Shown piece after piece: positions 17,957 through 28,751 of a stretch of DNA of 64,000 bases (position 1 is the stretch's first letter; each line of letters starts with the position of its first letter). Source of the stretch: Clostridia bacterium (GTDB lineage: Bacteria > Bacillota > Clostridia > UMGS1883); the NCBI GenBank assembly GCA_045646985.1, contig JAZRLV010000094.1, positions 10,158 through 74,157 of the forward strand. Reading direction: 5' to 3'. The translations under genes were made by a program, and so were the position numbers. The notes below the pieces were generated by a model. That model did no database searches, was not told the origin of the DNA, and worked only from the letters and a program-made list of their open reading frames with translations.

Positions 17957-17996
17957 AAAAATCACCTCAGAGCTATTATTTCCCTGAGGTGGTTTT
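17957..17996 (-). terminator. bidirectional rho-independent terminator (CACCTCAG ... CTGAGGTG) after the 755-aa secreted-protein gene
   Basis: 8-9 bp stem with A6 before and T6 after. Confidence 0.6.
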
Positions 17997-20264
17997 TTAT
18001 TCATACAGATTTTTAAAGCAATATGTTATATTCTCATTTGAAATGTTAAATGACAAATATTTTGTATTTTGGATTGCCTTATGCAGCATTGACTCGTCCT
18101 TTGCATCCGCAAGGGATATATAACGCACACTGCCATGTATGCGGCAGAAGTTTTCGCTGCCGTTATACACAACAAACACGTTTTTGCCTTTTGCCGATTC
18201 TGACAGCATATTTGAAAATGCAGCCTTATCAATATCCGACACAAACTGCGGTGCACTGTCAAGAAGTACTACTATATTTTTGTGGCTGTCCTTGCTAAGC
18301 GCTGCTGCAAGGTCTTTCCACTGACTGCCACGCTTTAGCTTGCCCTCTGAAAGCGCAAGTGAAATAATCTTTACATTTTCGTGATTATATTCTCCCCAAG
18401 TGCTTCCCGTTACAGGATTTACCTTTTGCGGAGTAAGCGATTCAATCTTACCATTTCCCAGAACTGCCGATGCATCCGCTTTTCTGAAAATATCCATTGC
18501 ATGTGCGTACACAATTCTGTCAAAAAGAGTTGTTGCCTTCCTGGCACCAAGTACATTAAGCGTAAATGCGCCGCCCTCGGTTGAATAAAGCGGGTCATCC
18601 GTTACGGCACTGTCTGCATCTGTTTGATAGCTTCCCGAGATTATTTTTATGCTTCGCTCGGCTTTTCCGTAGGAAAGCTTAAGCGGTGCACCGCCCTCTC
18701 TGAGCGCTGTTATACTCTTGCTGTCCACAGATATAAAATCCGCATCGAATTCTGGATTAAGCAAGGTTATATCCTTAACCGTTGCGGTGTTTCCGTGCTT
18801 ATCAAAAACCTGTGCTATTCCCTCTGTAGGAATAATTCCCCCGACACTGAGGGAAAACTGCTCGTCTGCAATTATTCCGCTGACACTGTCTATTACGTTA
18901 ATTGTGCATTCATCGGTTATTTTTCCATTGTACTCAAGCTGTAGCAGTGTTTCTCCGCTGCCGTCTGCATAATACACATTATCACGCACATATCCACTGC
19001 CTTTTGCAATAATCCATTTTGGTGAGCCCTTTATACTTTTCGGGGGATTATAATTTTCATCAAAGGCCGTAAGCTTTAATCTTACACTGTCCCCTGTAAG
19101 CACGTTTTTGCTTTCTGCCTCTGCCATAAATCCAACGGCTTCTCCACGCTCGGCATCACTTGTAACGGCTAAAGCGTTTATAACCTTTCTGTTTTCGGTA
19201 GGACTGTTTATATAGTGCAGCTCATTTTCCGCCAGGGTTTTTCCTACCATTGCGGTAGAGCCGCCTCCGTCAAGATTCATTGCATTAACACAGCCTATCT
19301 CAAGACAAATATCCGCAAGGGTATCAAGCGATACCCCCTTGCTCTGTGTTTGTCTGCCGTCAACTGTTATCATATATATAACACTGCCGTCTGCATTTGT
19401 TCCGATTGCACTTCGTGGATTGTTGCCGCTTACATCGTGAGTTATTTTTGTTTTCTGTCCTCCCGATAAAAGAAGTGTTCCGCCGCCAAAAGCGGTATTA
19501 ACCCCGTCTAAAGAGGGTGATGCCTCAATTTTTAAATCAACCTCATCACCAAGCTCAAATTTATACTCAAGAAACGGCGTCATATTATCGTCTATAACCA
19601 GAATATATCCGTTTTCGGGAACGGGAATGGTTCCGCCAAGGCTTGTTCCCTTTGCACTTACCTTTCCGTCTGTTATTGTAAGTGCAGTAATTCCTGACGG
19701 AAGATAGGGTGATACAGCTCCATTAAAATCTGATGTATACATCAAAAGCGCTCCGTAATAATCCGTAGGCTTATTTATATGCGAAAGCGGCATTGATGTT
19801 CCGTCAGGCGCAGTTACAGTTCCCGCAAAATCAAGATAGGAAAGGGAAAGAGCGTTGTCCTTTAAAAATCCCGCTGCCATATCTTTGTTTATATGCGACT
19901 GTAAAAGTTTTGTGTCCTTAACCTCAATTCCAAGGCTGAAATTCTGCCCGTTTTTATATGCAGAAAAAAAGTCTGCGTTCATTGCTGTTACAACGTTTTC
20001 TTCTTTTTTAGAAAGATTCATAACAGTTTCTGTTTTATCAACTCCGCCGCTATGCTTTAACAGCTCTAAGCTTAAATTCTCGTTCTTCAAATCTGCCGTT
20101 ATATAATTTATATTAAGTGCGTAATCGCCGTAAAAACGCTGTATATTTTTAAGACTGACTCCGCCTGTAACAATTTCCTGCGTTTCCTTAGAATATAGCG
20201 GCTGTGCTTTTGCACACACACTGCCTATCAAAAATATCAAAACTAAAGAAATTATTTTTTTCAC
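17997..20264 (-). CDS. secreted phosphodiester glycosidase family (DUF2233) protein with long C-terminal extension
   Basis: 755 aa; signal peptide MKKIISLVLIFLIGSVCAKA; NAGPA-like domain with DGGGSTAM motif. Confidence 0.5.
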   Translation of the reverse strand: MKKIISLVLIFLIGSVCAKAQPLYSKETQEIVTGGVSLKNIQRFYGDYALNINYITADLKNENLSLELLKHSGGVDKTETVMNLSKKEENVVTAMNADFFSAYKNGQNFSLGIEVKDTKLLQSHINKDMAAGFLKDNALSLSYLDFAGTVTAPDGTSMPLSHINKPTDYYGALLMYTSDFNGAVSPYLPSGITALTITDGKVSAKGTSLGGTIPVPENGYILVIDDNMTPFLEYKFELGDEVDLKIEASPSLDGVNTAFGGGTLLLSGGQKTKITHDVSGNNPRSAIGTNADGSVIYMITVDGRQTQSKGVSLDTLADICLEIGCVNAMNLDGGGSTAMVGKTLAENELHYINSPTENRKVINALAVTSDAERGEAVGFMAEAESKNVLTGDSVRLKLTAFDENYNPPKSIKGSPKWIIAKGSGYVRDNVYYADGSGETLLQLEYNGKITDECTINVIDSVSGIIADEQFSLSVGGIIPTEGIAQVFDKHGNTATVKDITLLNPEFDADFISVDSKSITALREGGAPLKLSYGKAERSIKIISGSYQTDADSAVTDDPLYSTEGGAFTLNVLGARKATTLFDRIVYAHAMDIFRKADASAVLGNGKIESLTPQKVNPVTGSTWGEYNHENVKIISLALSEGKLKRGSQWKDLAAALSKDSHKNIVVLLDSAPQFVSDIDKAAFSNMLSESAKGKNVFVVYNGSENFCRIHGSVRYISLADAKDESMLHKAIQNTKYLSFNISNENITYCFKNLYE

Positions 20265-20299
20265 GGTAATTACCCCCTCTCAGAAAATTTATTTAATTT

Positions 20300-21043
20300 T
20301 TATCCCTTTGCTTTTTGCAGTAGATAAACAACCCTCACAGTTAAAGCATCGGGCAGTATTTTTGAAAAAATTCTTGTCAGTTTTATTGTCAGGGTAGGAA
20401 CAATCGTTTTTTTACCACGAAGCATTCCGTCTACTGCTGTTTTCGCTACCAGCTGTGCTGATACTGCCGCATTTCCAAGGCTTGAGCCTGACAGTGCCCC
20501 AAACTCTGTCTCCACAGGACCCGGGCACAGAACGCTTATTGTCACGGGTGCTTTGTCACGACGAAGCTCCTCCCTTACGGCATTACTTAATCTTAGCACA
20601 TATGCCTTTGTCGCATAATACGAGGAAAGAAGCGGCCCTGAAAAAAACGCCGCAGATGAAGCCACGTTAAGTATTTTTCCCCCGTGCTTTTTCATATGCG
20701 GAAGATATGCCTTCATAAGATAATGGAGTGCAACTACATTTACATCTATCATTTTGTTTTCTTTTTCAAAATCTGTTTCATCAAAGGCGCCGTAAATGCC
20801 AAATCCGGCATTGTTTACAAGTATGTCTATATCCTTGTAATCCTCTGTCAGTTTTTTAAGGCTGTTTAAATCACTCAAATCCACGCTCTCAACATAGCTT
20901 TTTGTTGGGAGCATAGCCCTGAGTGCGTTTAGTCTGTCCGCTCTGCGGGCAACAAGAATTGTTTCATACCCTTTTTTAGAAAGAATACGTGCAATCTCAC
21001 TGCCGATTCCCGAGCTTGCCCCTGTTATTAATGCTTTAGGCAT
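20300..21043 (-). CDS. SDR family oxidoreductase
   Basis: 247 aa; TGASSGIG Rossmann motif; YxxxK catalytic motif. Confidence 0.8.
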   Translation of the reverse strand: MPKALITGASSGIGSEIARILSKKGYETILVARRADRLNALRAMLPTKSYVESVDLSDLNSLKKLTEDYKDIDILVNNAGFGIYGAFDETDFEKENKMIDVNVVALHYLMKAYLPHMKKHGGKILNVASSAAFFSGPLLSSYYATKAYVLRLSNAVREELRRDKAPVTISVLCPGPVETEFGALSGSSLGNAAVSAQLVAKTAVDGMLRGKKTIVPTLTIKLTRIFSKILPDALTVRVVYLLQKAKG

Positions 21044-21054
21044 TATACCACCTC

Positions 21055-21708
21055 TTAATATCCAAGTTCTTCGTTCACCAAAATTACATTCATTCTCTCT
21101 TTGTCACGCTGGTAGGCACTTATAACATAGCTGCTGCATATTCTGCCCATGCTGTTGCAGCCGTCTGTCATGCCCTTGTCAGCACCCATGCATATTCCCA
21201 TATTTTTGCAATATGTTTCACATGAAAGTCTTTGACAATTTGCAGGTGCCGCAACTCTTTTTACACGGCTTTGTGCCTCGTCAAGGTCTTTTACAATTTT
21301 ATTTCTTCCGGCAATTACAATAACCTTTTCAGGACCGCTGCAAAGACATGCAACACGGTTTCCGTTGCCGTCTACATTATAAAGCTCGCCATTTTCAGTT
21401 ATTGCATTTGAAGATGTCAGATAAAAGTCTGCACAGAAGCTTTTTCTGAAAAATTCTCTTCTGTCTGTGGCCTTTTCTCTGTCAAGGTAATCGTATTTTC
21501 CGCTGCGCAGAATTTCCATCATACCGCATTCTTCAAGCGACATCGAGCCGCCGCTTGCAACAAGCGCCCCTTCTTTCATCAAGGAAACTGCTATCTTGCA
21601 TGCCTCTTCCTTGTTCTGGGCGATATAAACATTCATATTGTTTTTTTCAAGGGCTTCCTTTACTCTGTCAAGCTGTCTTTTCACAATCTCACTTAAATTC
21701 TTATCCAT
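21055..21708 (-). CDS. LUD domain-containing protein (LutC/YkgG-like) with Cys-rich C-terminus
   Basis: 217 aa; TSSNAITENGELYNVDGNGNR segment typical of LUD domain. Confidence 0.6.
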   Translation of the reverse strand: MDKNLSEIVKRQLDRVKEALEKNNMNVYIAQNKEEACKIAVSLMKEGALVASGGSMSLEECGMMEILRSGKYDYLDREKATDRREFFRKSFCADFYLTSSNAITENGELYNVDGNGNRVACLCSGPEKVIVIAGRNKIVKDLDEAQSRVKRVAAPANCQRLSCETYCKNMGICMGADKGMTDGCNSMGRICSSYVISAYQRDKERMNVILVNEELGY

Positions 21709-21713
21709 AATTA

Positions 21714-21980
21714 TTACTCCTTATCCAGCCTGAACATATCCTCGGGCATAATTCTGATAGCAACGTTAAGCTCCTCTGCTACTTTTTCAAGCTCTTTCGT
21801 TATTTCTTCAAACGAAAGTGTGCTGCTGCTCATATCCACGAGCGCTATCATGGTAAATAAATTCTGCATAAGCTTTTGCGAAATATCAAGAATGTTTATG
21901 TTCTTTTCATAAAAAAGTCCGCTGACTCTCGCTATGATACCTGTTTTGTCCTTTCCTACAACTGTTACTACTGCACGCAT
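21714..21980 (-). CDS. ACT domain-containing protein (UPF0237 family)
   Basis: 88 aa; MRAVVTVVGKDKTGIIARVS N-terminus typical of UPF0237. Confidence 0.7.
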   Translation of the reverse strand: MRAVVTVVGKDKTGIIARVSGLFYEKNINILDISQKLMQNLFTMIALVDMSSSTLSFEEITKELEKVAEELNVAIRIMPEDMFRLDKE

Positions 21981-22001
21981 TTTTCATTACTCCTTTTTTA
22001 A

Positions 22002-22736
22002 TCAGTTTCTTCCCTGTCTTACGGCTTCATAAATAAACAGTGCCGCCGCTACAGAGGCATTAAGTGAATTTACGTTCCCTTTCATAGGTATTTTTACTTT
22101 AAAATCGCATTTTTCAAGGACGAGGCGGCTTATGCCCTCCCCTTCAGAGCCTATAACAATGGCAACTGCGCCTTTTAAATCTGCATCATAAAGCTCAACC
22201 TCTCCCGATGCATCTGCGCCCGTTACCCAAATATTTTTCTTTTTAAGCTCGTCAATCGTTTTGGCAAGACTTGTCACCCTTGCAACGGGGGTATATTCTA
22301 CAGCCCCTGCCGATGCCTTTGCGCATACTGCCGTAAGAGATGCTGAATCGTGCTTTGATATTATTACTCCGTGCGCACCTGCACAGTTTGCTGTCCTTAT
22401 TACAGAGCCTAAGTTTCTGGGGTCAGTGATTCTGTCAAGGATTACTATAAAGGGCGGCTCGCCCTTTTTTTCGGCATTTTTTAAAATGTCATCAACACTG
22501 GCATACTCTGCCGCTGCACATAACGCAATTACCCCTTGATGTGCGCCTGTTTCACTCATTTCATCAAGGCGCCTTACGTCGGTTTCGGAAATTACAATTC
22601 CCTTTTCCCGTGCCATACGGATTATCGGAATAATGCTTCCGTGCTTATCGCCCTTTTTTACGTAAATTTTGTCTATATTTCTTCCGTTTTTCAGCGCCTC
22701 CGTGACAGGGTTTCTTCCTTCGATTTTATCAGACAT
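22002..22736 (-). CDS. rlmB: 23S rRNA (guanosine-2'-O)-methyltransferase RlmB (SpoU/TrmH family)
   Basis: 244 aa; SpoU substrate-binding domain plus SPOUT methylase motifs. Confidence 0.8.
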   Translation of the reverse strand: MSDKIEGRNPVTEALKNGRNIDKIYVKKGDKHGSIIPIIRMAREKGIVISETDVRRLDEMSETGAHQGVIALCAAAEYASVDDILKNAEKKGEPPFIVILDRITDPRNLGSVIRTANCAGAHGVIISKHDSASLTAVCAKASAGAVEYTPVARVTSLAKTIDELKKKNIWVTGADASGEVELYDADLKGAVAIVIGSEGEGISRLVLEKCDFKVKIPMKGNVNSLNASVAAALFIYEAVRQGRN

Positions 22737-22813
22737 ATTATTCCTATCTCCTAATCCTTATTTGTTCCTCTCCAGTATAACATAAATTTTTATGTTTTGC
22801 ACTGAAAATTTCT

Positions 22814-24904
22814 TTAATTTATGTTAAATTCTTTCTCTGTTTGCACTATTTGTCCGTCTGTAAGTGTTTTTATATCGGTTTCTTCGCCCAGTATTGCAAA
22901 CGGAAGCTTTAGAACATCACAAGGGATTTTCATATTTAAACTGCACAGCTTTTCTATGTCCTTACCCTCAAAACCCTGCAAGGTGACAAAGCTTTTCCCC
23001 TTATATTCTATTTTCACACACCGTTTTTCATTACCTGTTTGTTCAAGCGGCAAATATTCTATAAACGCACCGTCTGCAAAAATGGATTCTCCGTTTTTAA
23101 GAAAATCTGTCCGCATATTATATTCGTGTGATTGTTTTATAATTGCTTCCTTTTCCTTTTCATCATACAGTTCATCAGGCAAAACCAAGCTTTTAATATA
23201 TCCGCTTTTCGCAAGCTGGGGCACTTCCTTTTCACTTTTGGAGGTAAGCACGGCATAGTCAAAATAACTCTTTTTGTAATGCGTCGCAATATCCATGCTG
23301 TCCCACATATCAGCGCAGTCAATCAGAAAAAGCCCGCCTGTAGGAAGCTGCATTGCTGTAGTGGAGCTTGTCCCGTAATTCAGGGATAAAAAGTGTATAT
23401 CGTCTTTTTTTGCAAAATGCGAAATGCTTGATACAACAATCATTATAAGTGTGACTGCCGCAAGCGGAGCGATCAGCGCCTTTTTCTTCGGATACATATA
23501 AATAGCCGTAAGCGCAAACACCCAAATTATCAAAAATACTGCATCGGGGCTATCCATATTCAATATTGCCCCCGGGATTGCAGAAACTGCGCTGCATATG
23601 TATTCTATAACATCAGAAAGCAGCTTGACCAAAAATCCGATAACATCCGAAATAACAGGCACATTTGCAAAAACAGCAAACGCCATTCCTACTATTACAA
23701 TCGCTGTTGCAAAGGGAAATACCAAAATATTAGAAAGCAGTGCGTATGGTGTAAAAATATTAAAATAGTACAATACCGCCGGTGTTAGTGTGAGCTGCGC
23801 CGCAACACAAAGTGCGGCAGCTTCATCCATTTTCTTTGGAAGAAAAGGCTTAAAAAGAAACGTTAATTTTTCGCTGTACAAAATTAGTCCCAGCACAGAC
23901 AATACCGAAAGTACAAATCCGGCATTAAAAATAATATACGGGTTATACGCACACATTGCCCCCGACGCCATACAAAGCGAAGTAATCCCATCGTTTTCCC
24001 GATAACACATTCGGGCAAGCTGATATATACTGCACATTATGCACGCCCTTATTACAGAAGCCCCTGCCCCTGTAGCAAGCGTTATGAAAAGGGCACCTAC
24101 AATAAAAATAACACCGCCTATACGCCGCCTGCCGAAAATTTTGTTTAAAAGAAGCATCAGTGTCGTAATCATAATCGAAAGATGCATTCCTGAAACTACC
24201 GCAATGTGATTTAGTCCCGAACCCTGAAGCGAGTGCATAAGCTCATCTGATATCAGGCGCTTGTCCCCCAGCACCATTGCATTAAAAAACGCACGGTGGT
24301 TTCCATCAAAATTCACAAAACCTATGTCGTTTATGTATCTGCGCACTGCATATATAAAGCCCTTTATCCTCTCATCACAGCTTCCCACAAGCTTTACATC
24401 TTCTGCATATGCATACAGATAAATATTTCTGCTGCATAAATACGTAGAAAAATCTGAAACACTTATTTTGCTTGAAAAAGGCTTGCGCAATGTAAACTCT
24501 CCACTGATAACATCACCGGGGAAAAGTTCTTTTTGCTTTTTGACGCTTAAATATACTTTTATAGTTTTTTCTTCATCTTTAAATTGTGCAATCGCACTAT
24601 TTCCCTCTGAAAAATCAGTTATTGTGAGATTCGTTGTCAAAACACGTGAATCATATAATGCTGCGGTTTTTCTTCTGTGGTCATTTGCCACATTCGCTCT
24701 GAGCACTCCGCACAAAAGAAAGGCTGCTATTATTAAACACACAAGACTTGCCTTTTTGCCGTAAATAACAAACGCCGCCATACATACAAAAACAGCACCG
24801 ATACAAACAAAGAGAAGATTTATCTCAAACATTACGGCAATAACTCCCGAAATAAATGAAATTACCGCAAGTGCCAAAGGCCGTTTTATCATCTGTAAAA
24901 CCAC
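22814..24904 (-). CDS. comEC: ComEC/Rec2 family DNA internalization competence protein
   Basis: 696 aa polytopic membrane protein; DUF4131 and competence domain signatures (GLNHIAVVSGMHLS). Confidence 0.7.
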   Translation of the reverse strand: MVLQMIKRPLALAVISFISGVIAVMFEINLLFVCIGAVFVCMAAFVIYGKKASLVCLIIAAFLLCGVLRANVANDHRRKTAALYDSRVLTTNLTITDFSEGNSAIAQFKDEEKTIKVYLSVKKQKELFPGDVISGEFTLRKPFSSKISVSDFSTYLCSRNIYLYAYAEDVKLVGSCDERIKGFIYAVRRYINDIGFVNFDGNHRAFFNAMVLGDKRLISDELMHSLQGSGLNHIAVVSGMHLSIMITTLMLLLNKIFGRRRIGGVIFIVGALFITLATGAGASVIRACIMCSIYQLARMCYRENDGITSLCMASGAMCAYNPYIIFNAGFVLSVLSVLGLILYSEKLTFLFKPFLPKKMDEAAALCVAAQLTLTPAVLYYFNIFTPYALLSNILVFPFATAIVIVGMAFAVFANVPVISDVIGFLVKLLSDVIEYICSAVSAIPGAILNMDSPDAVFLIIWVFALTAIYMYPKKKALIAPLAAVTLIMIVVSSISHFAKKDDIHFLSLNYGTSSTTAMQLPTGGLFLIDCADMWDSMDIATHYKKSYFDYAVLTSKSEKEVPQLAKSGYIKSLVLPDELYDEKEKEAIIKQSHEYNMRTDFLKNGESIFADGAFIEYLPLEQTGNEKRCVKIEYKGKSFVTLQGFEGKDIEKLCSLNMKIPCDVLKLPFAILGEETDIKTLTDGQIVQTEKEFNIN

Positions 24905-24957
24905 TCCGAAAAAAACAAAGGCTGTGCTGAAACCAGTGTCAGCACAGCGCCCGTTAA

Positions 24958-26169
24958 TTAGTCATTGAAATTGAACTTGTTGTGTATTGCACGAACAGCA
25001 TTTTCAGCATCTTTTCTGTCTATAAGCACGCTTACTCTGATTTCACTTGTTGAAATCATCTGAATATTGATGCCTGCATCATAAAGTGCCTCAAACATTG
25101 TTGCAGCAACACCGGGGTTTGATGTCATACCGGCACCTACAACAGAAACCTTTGAAACGTTTTCATCATGGATTACCTTTTCTGCACCGATGATGCTGTT
25201 GTTTTCGTTTATGATGTTAAGTGCTGCGCCAAGGTCATCCTTGCTTACAGTAAAGCTTATGTCCTTACTTCCGTCACGACCGATTGACTGCAAAATAACG
25301 TCTACATTAATCTTTTTCTTTGCAAGTATTGAGAATATCTGGAACGCCTTACCGGGGGTATCTGTTATATTTACAAGCGCAATTCTTGCAATATCATTGT
25401 CACGGGCAATTCCTCTTATTAACATCTTTTCCACTGTGTTTTCCTCCTTAACTATTGTTCCGGGTACTTTTTCAAAGCTTGAAAGCACCTCCATATTTAC
25501 ATTAAACTTCTTTGCAAGCTCTACGCTTCTGTTGTGAAGAACGTTTGCACCTGCACTTGCCAGCTCCAGCATCTCGTCATAAGTAATTTCGTTAAGCTTG
25601 AATGCCTCGGGCACTATTCTGGGGTCTGCTGTATATACACCGGTAACGTCGGTAAATATCTGACAAAGGTCAGCACCCAAAGCCGCTGCAATAGCAACTG
25701 CTGATGTGTCGCTGCCGCCTCGTCCCAGTGTTGTAATATCGTCAAACTTGTTTATACCCTGAAATCCCGCTACGATAACAATTTTTTTCTTATCAAGCTC
25801 GTGGTGAATTCTTTCACCCACAACTCTTTTAATACGAGCCTTTGAATAATTGATATCTGTATTTACACCTGCCTGCCAGCCTGTAAGCGAAACAACAGGT
25901 CTTCCAAGCTTTTCTATTGCCATTGCAAGAAGTGACATAGAAATCTGCTCACCCGCTGAAAGAAGAACGTCCATTTCTCTTTTTGACGCATTCTTGTTTA
26001 TTTCAGCAGCCTTTTCAATCAAATCATCTGTTGTATCACCCTGCGCAGAAACAACAACTACAACGTCGTTTCCCTCGTCATAAGTTTCAACAACACGGCT
26101 TGCAACGTTAAATACTCTTTCAGCATTTGCCACGCTGCTTCCGCCAAATTTCTGTACTATTAAACCCAA
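24958..26169 (-). CDS. lysC: aspartate kinase
   Basis: 403 aa; KFGGSSV N-terminus, kinase core, two C-terminal ACT domains. Confidence 0.9.
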   Translation of the reverse strand: MGLIVQKFGGSSVANAERVFNVASRVVETYDEGNDVVVVVSAQGDTTDDLIEKAAEINKNASKREMDVLLSAGEQISMSLLAMAIEKLGRPVVSLTGWQAGVNTDINYSKARIKRVVGERIHHELDKKKIVIVAGFQGINKFDDITTLGRGGSDTSAVAIAAALGADLCQIFTDVTGVYTADPRIVPEAFKLNEITYDEMLELASAGANVLHNRSVELAKKFNVNMEVLSSFEKVPGTIVKEENTVEKMLIRGIARDNDIARIALVNITDTPGKAFQIFSILAKKKINVDVILQSIGRDGSKDISFTVSKDDLGAALNIINENNSIIGAEKVIHDENVSKVSVVGAGMTSNPGVAATMFEALYDAGINIQMISTSEIRVSVLIDRKDAENAVRAIHNKFNFND

Positions 26170-26181
26170 CTTAAAAACCTC

Positions 26182-27390
26182 CTATCGGAATACTCTCATC
26201 CTTGATACGGCTCCGCCCATTTTTTCGATACCTGCATTAAGCTCCTTAACACTCATAACAGGTGTCACAAAGCCATAGTCGGAAACTCCCTTAATAATTT
26301 CTCTGTCACCGAAAACCTCTTTTGCCTTTTCACGCTGATTTTCTTTAATTCGTACAAAGAATTTTGCCGTTACCTCCTCGTAGGGGATAACCTTTTCGTT
26401 GTCGCTTTCTTCCCATGAAAAATAAGGATTATAAAAGGGAGAACGGACAATATCTATAACATCGCCGACAACTGCGCTTGCGGTGGGAAGCTTTCCTGCC
26501 CCTCTGCCGTAAAACATCAGTGTGTCAACCATATTACCCTTTACCATAACACCGTTAAATACATCCTCTACATTTGAAAGAGGACATTCTTCGGGAATAA
26601 GCATCGGCTCTACCGAGGCATTTGCCTTGCCGTTTTCTACATAACCGCAACCAATAAGCTTTATATTGCAGCCGATTGCCGCAGCATATGTCACATCCTC
26701 TGCTGTAATATTTCTTATACCGCAGGTATTTACATCGGTGCATTCAAATTTTCTGCCTGTTGCAAGAGACATCAGTATAGATATCTTTCTGCAAGCATCA
26801 ATTCCGTCAACGTCTGCTGTGGGGTCCTTTTCTGCATAGCCAAGCTCCTGTGCTGTTTTAAGTGCACTTTCAAAGCTGTCGTTTTCCTTAAACATCTTTG
26901 TCAGAATATAGTTTGTAGTACCGTTAAGGATACCCGATACTTCAACTACGTCATTTGCACTGACATCACACGCAAGCGGTCTTATAACAGGAATTCCGCC
27001 GCCTACGCTTGCTTCATACATATAGCGGACATTTTTTTCCTTTGCAATACGGAAAAACTCATCACCATGTGCTGCCACAAGCTCTTTATTACTTGTAACA
27101 ACGCTTTTTCCACTCTCAAGCAACGCTTTTGTATATTCATAGGCAAATTTTATTCCGCCCATAGTTTCAACAACAATTTCTATCTCGTCGTCATTAACAA
27201 TATCTGAAAAATCCTTTGTAAAAAGATGACTTTCCTCATGCTGAGAAAAATCTCTTATATCAAGAATTCTTTTGATATCAATTTCCTCACCGGACTTTCT
27301 TTTAAGAATGTCCTTGTTCTTTCTTATGATTTCATACACTCCCGAGCCTACAACTCCGAAGCCTATTACAGCAATTTTTTTCATTAGCAT
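26182..27390 (-). CDS. hom: homoserine dehydrogenase
   Basis: 402 aa; NAD-binding GFGVVGSG; C-terminal ACT domain. Confidence 0.9.
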   Translation of the reverse strand: MLMKKIAVIGFGVVGSGVYEIIRKNKDILKRKSGEEIDIKRILDIRDFSQHEESHLFTKDFSDIVNDDEIEIVVETMGGIKFAYEYTKALLESGKSVVTSNKELVAAHGDEFFRIAKEKNVRYMYEASVGGGIPVIRPLACDVSANDVVEVSGILNGTTNYILTKMFKENDSFESALKTAQELGYAEKDPTADVDGIDACRKISILMSLATGRKFECTDVNTCGIRNITAEDVTYAAAIGCNIKLIGCGYVENGKANASVEPMLIPEECPLSNVEDVFNGVMVKGNMVDTLMFYGRGAGKLPTASAVVGDVIDIVRSPFYNPYFSWEESDNEKVIPYEEVTAKFFVRIKENQREKAKEVFGDREIIKGVSDYGFVTPVMSVKELNAGIEKMGGAVSRMRVFR

Positions 27391-27401
27391 GCCTTCCTTT
27401 T

Positions 27402-27836
27402 TTACTGTTTTGCAAGTATATTTACCTTCCGTACTCCCCGTACACTCAAAAGACCGGTTATCAGTCTGTCTGTGCTGAGCCGCATATTCTCCGTCTGCAA
27501 TGTAACGGTCACATTTGCGACCCCATTAACAGGAACATTCTGATTTATCGTAAGAATGTTGCAGCCTGCATCGCTCATAACCGAAAGCACATCACTCAAC
27601 ACACCTTTAAGGTCAAGTACCGCTATAAGGAGCGTCAGTATTCCCTGCATCTGATTAAACGGGAACACATAGTCCTTATATTTATAATACGCACTTCTTG
27701 ACACATCTGCCATTTGCGTGGCATCATTTACTGTTTCTGCCTGACCTGATTCAAGTAATTCTTTAACCGTCAGCACCTTCTGGTATACCGGCGGAAGTAC
27801 CGACAAATCAGCTATTACAAGCTTTCTTTCATCCAT
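27402..27836 (-). CDS. ACT domain-containing protein, UPF0735 (PheB-like)
   Basis: start placed at MDERKLVIADL (145 aa); the ORF-track N-terminal extension would overlap the rsmI 3' end. Confidence 0.55.
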   Translation of the reverse strand: MDERKLVIADLSVLPPVYQKVLTVKELLESGQAETVNDATQMADVSRSAYYKYKDYVFPFNQMQGILTLLIAVLDLKGVLSDVLSVMSDAGCNILTINQNVPVNGVANVTVTLQTENMRLSTDRLITGLLSVRGVRKVNILAKQ

Positions 27837-27906
27837 GTGTCCACCACCTGTGTACATTTGTCTTTTGTTATGATAGCACTCTTTAGCTGCTTTGTCAATA
27901 GTTTTT

Positions 27907-28746
27907 TTATCTTTTATATTCGTTATAAATATCTCTTTTAGATACGCCTCTGTCCCGTGCAGTTTTTTTAAGCGCTTCTTTCTCATCAAACCCTTGCCCC
28001 AGATACATTCTGACATGGTCACAAATACTCATCTGTTCCCACTGCTTTTTTTGCTCCTCATCAAAAAGCTCACGGCTCTTTCCCTCAACAACAAGCACGA
28101 ATTCGCCTCTGGGCGGATTTTCGCTGTAGTGCTCTATAGCCTCTGAGAGTGTAGTTCTGAAAAATTCTTCGTGAATTTTCGTAATTTCACGGCAAAGGCA
28201 TATGCGCCTGTCCCCAAAATCATCATACATATCCTTTAATGTACTCATCAGCTTATGAGGTGCCTCATAAAAAATCATAGTGCGTTCTTCGTTTGAAAGA
28301 TTGGTAAGCATTTCATTTCTGCCACGCTTGTTGACCGTCAAAAAGCCCTCAAACGTAAATCTTCCCGTAGGAAGTCCGCTTGCAATAAGTGCATTTATTC
28401 CCGCAACTGCACCGGGAACGGGAACAACATCAATTCCGTTTTGGGCGCAAAGTGCAACCAAATCCTCCCCGGGGTCACTTATTGCAGGGGTCCCTGCATC
28501 GCTTACAAGGGCAATGTTTTTGCCGTTTTTCATTTCCGAAATTAAAAATTCACCTTTTTCACGGCGGTTATGCTCAAAATAACTGGTCATTGGTTTTTCA
28601 ATTTCCAGATGGTTTAAAAGCCCCAGAGTTCTTCTTGTATCCTCTGCGGCAATCATATCAACGCTTTTAAGCACCTCCACACATCGGTAAGTTATATCTC
28701 CTAAATTTCCGATGGGTGTAGCACATAAATAAAGTTTTCCGTTCAT
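27907..28746 (-). CDS. rsmI: 16S rRNA (cytidine1402-2'-O)-methyltransferase RsmI
   Basis: 279 aa; tetrapyrrole-methylase fold; LYLCATPIGNLGDIT N-terminus. Confidence 0.9.
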   Translation of the reverse strand: MNGKLYLCATPIGNLGDITYRCVEVLKSVDMIAAEDTRRTLGLLNHLEIEKPMTSYFEHNRREKGEFLISEMKNGKNIALVSDAGTPAISDPGEDLVALCAQNGIDVVPVPGAVAGINALIASGLPTGRFTFEGFLTVNKRGRNEMLTNLSNEERTMIFYEAPHKLMSTLKDMYDDFGDRRICLCREITKIHEEFFRTTLSEAIEHYSENPPRGEFVLVVEGKSRELFDEEQKKQWEQMSICDHVRMYLGQGFDEKEALKKTARDRGVSKRDIYNEYKR

Positions 28747-28751
28747 AAAAA

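Noticed and set aside
27402-28022. 206-aa ORF-track version of the ACT/PheB-like gene
   Set aside because: N-terminal 62 codons overlap the rsmI 3' end and do not resemble the family; start moved to 27836
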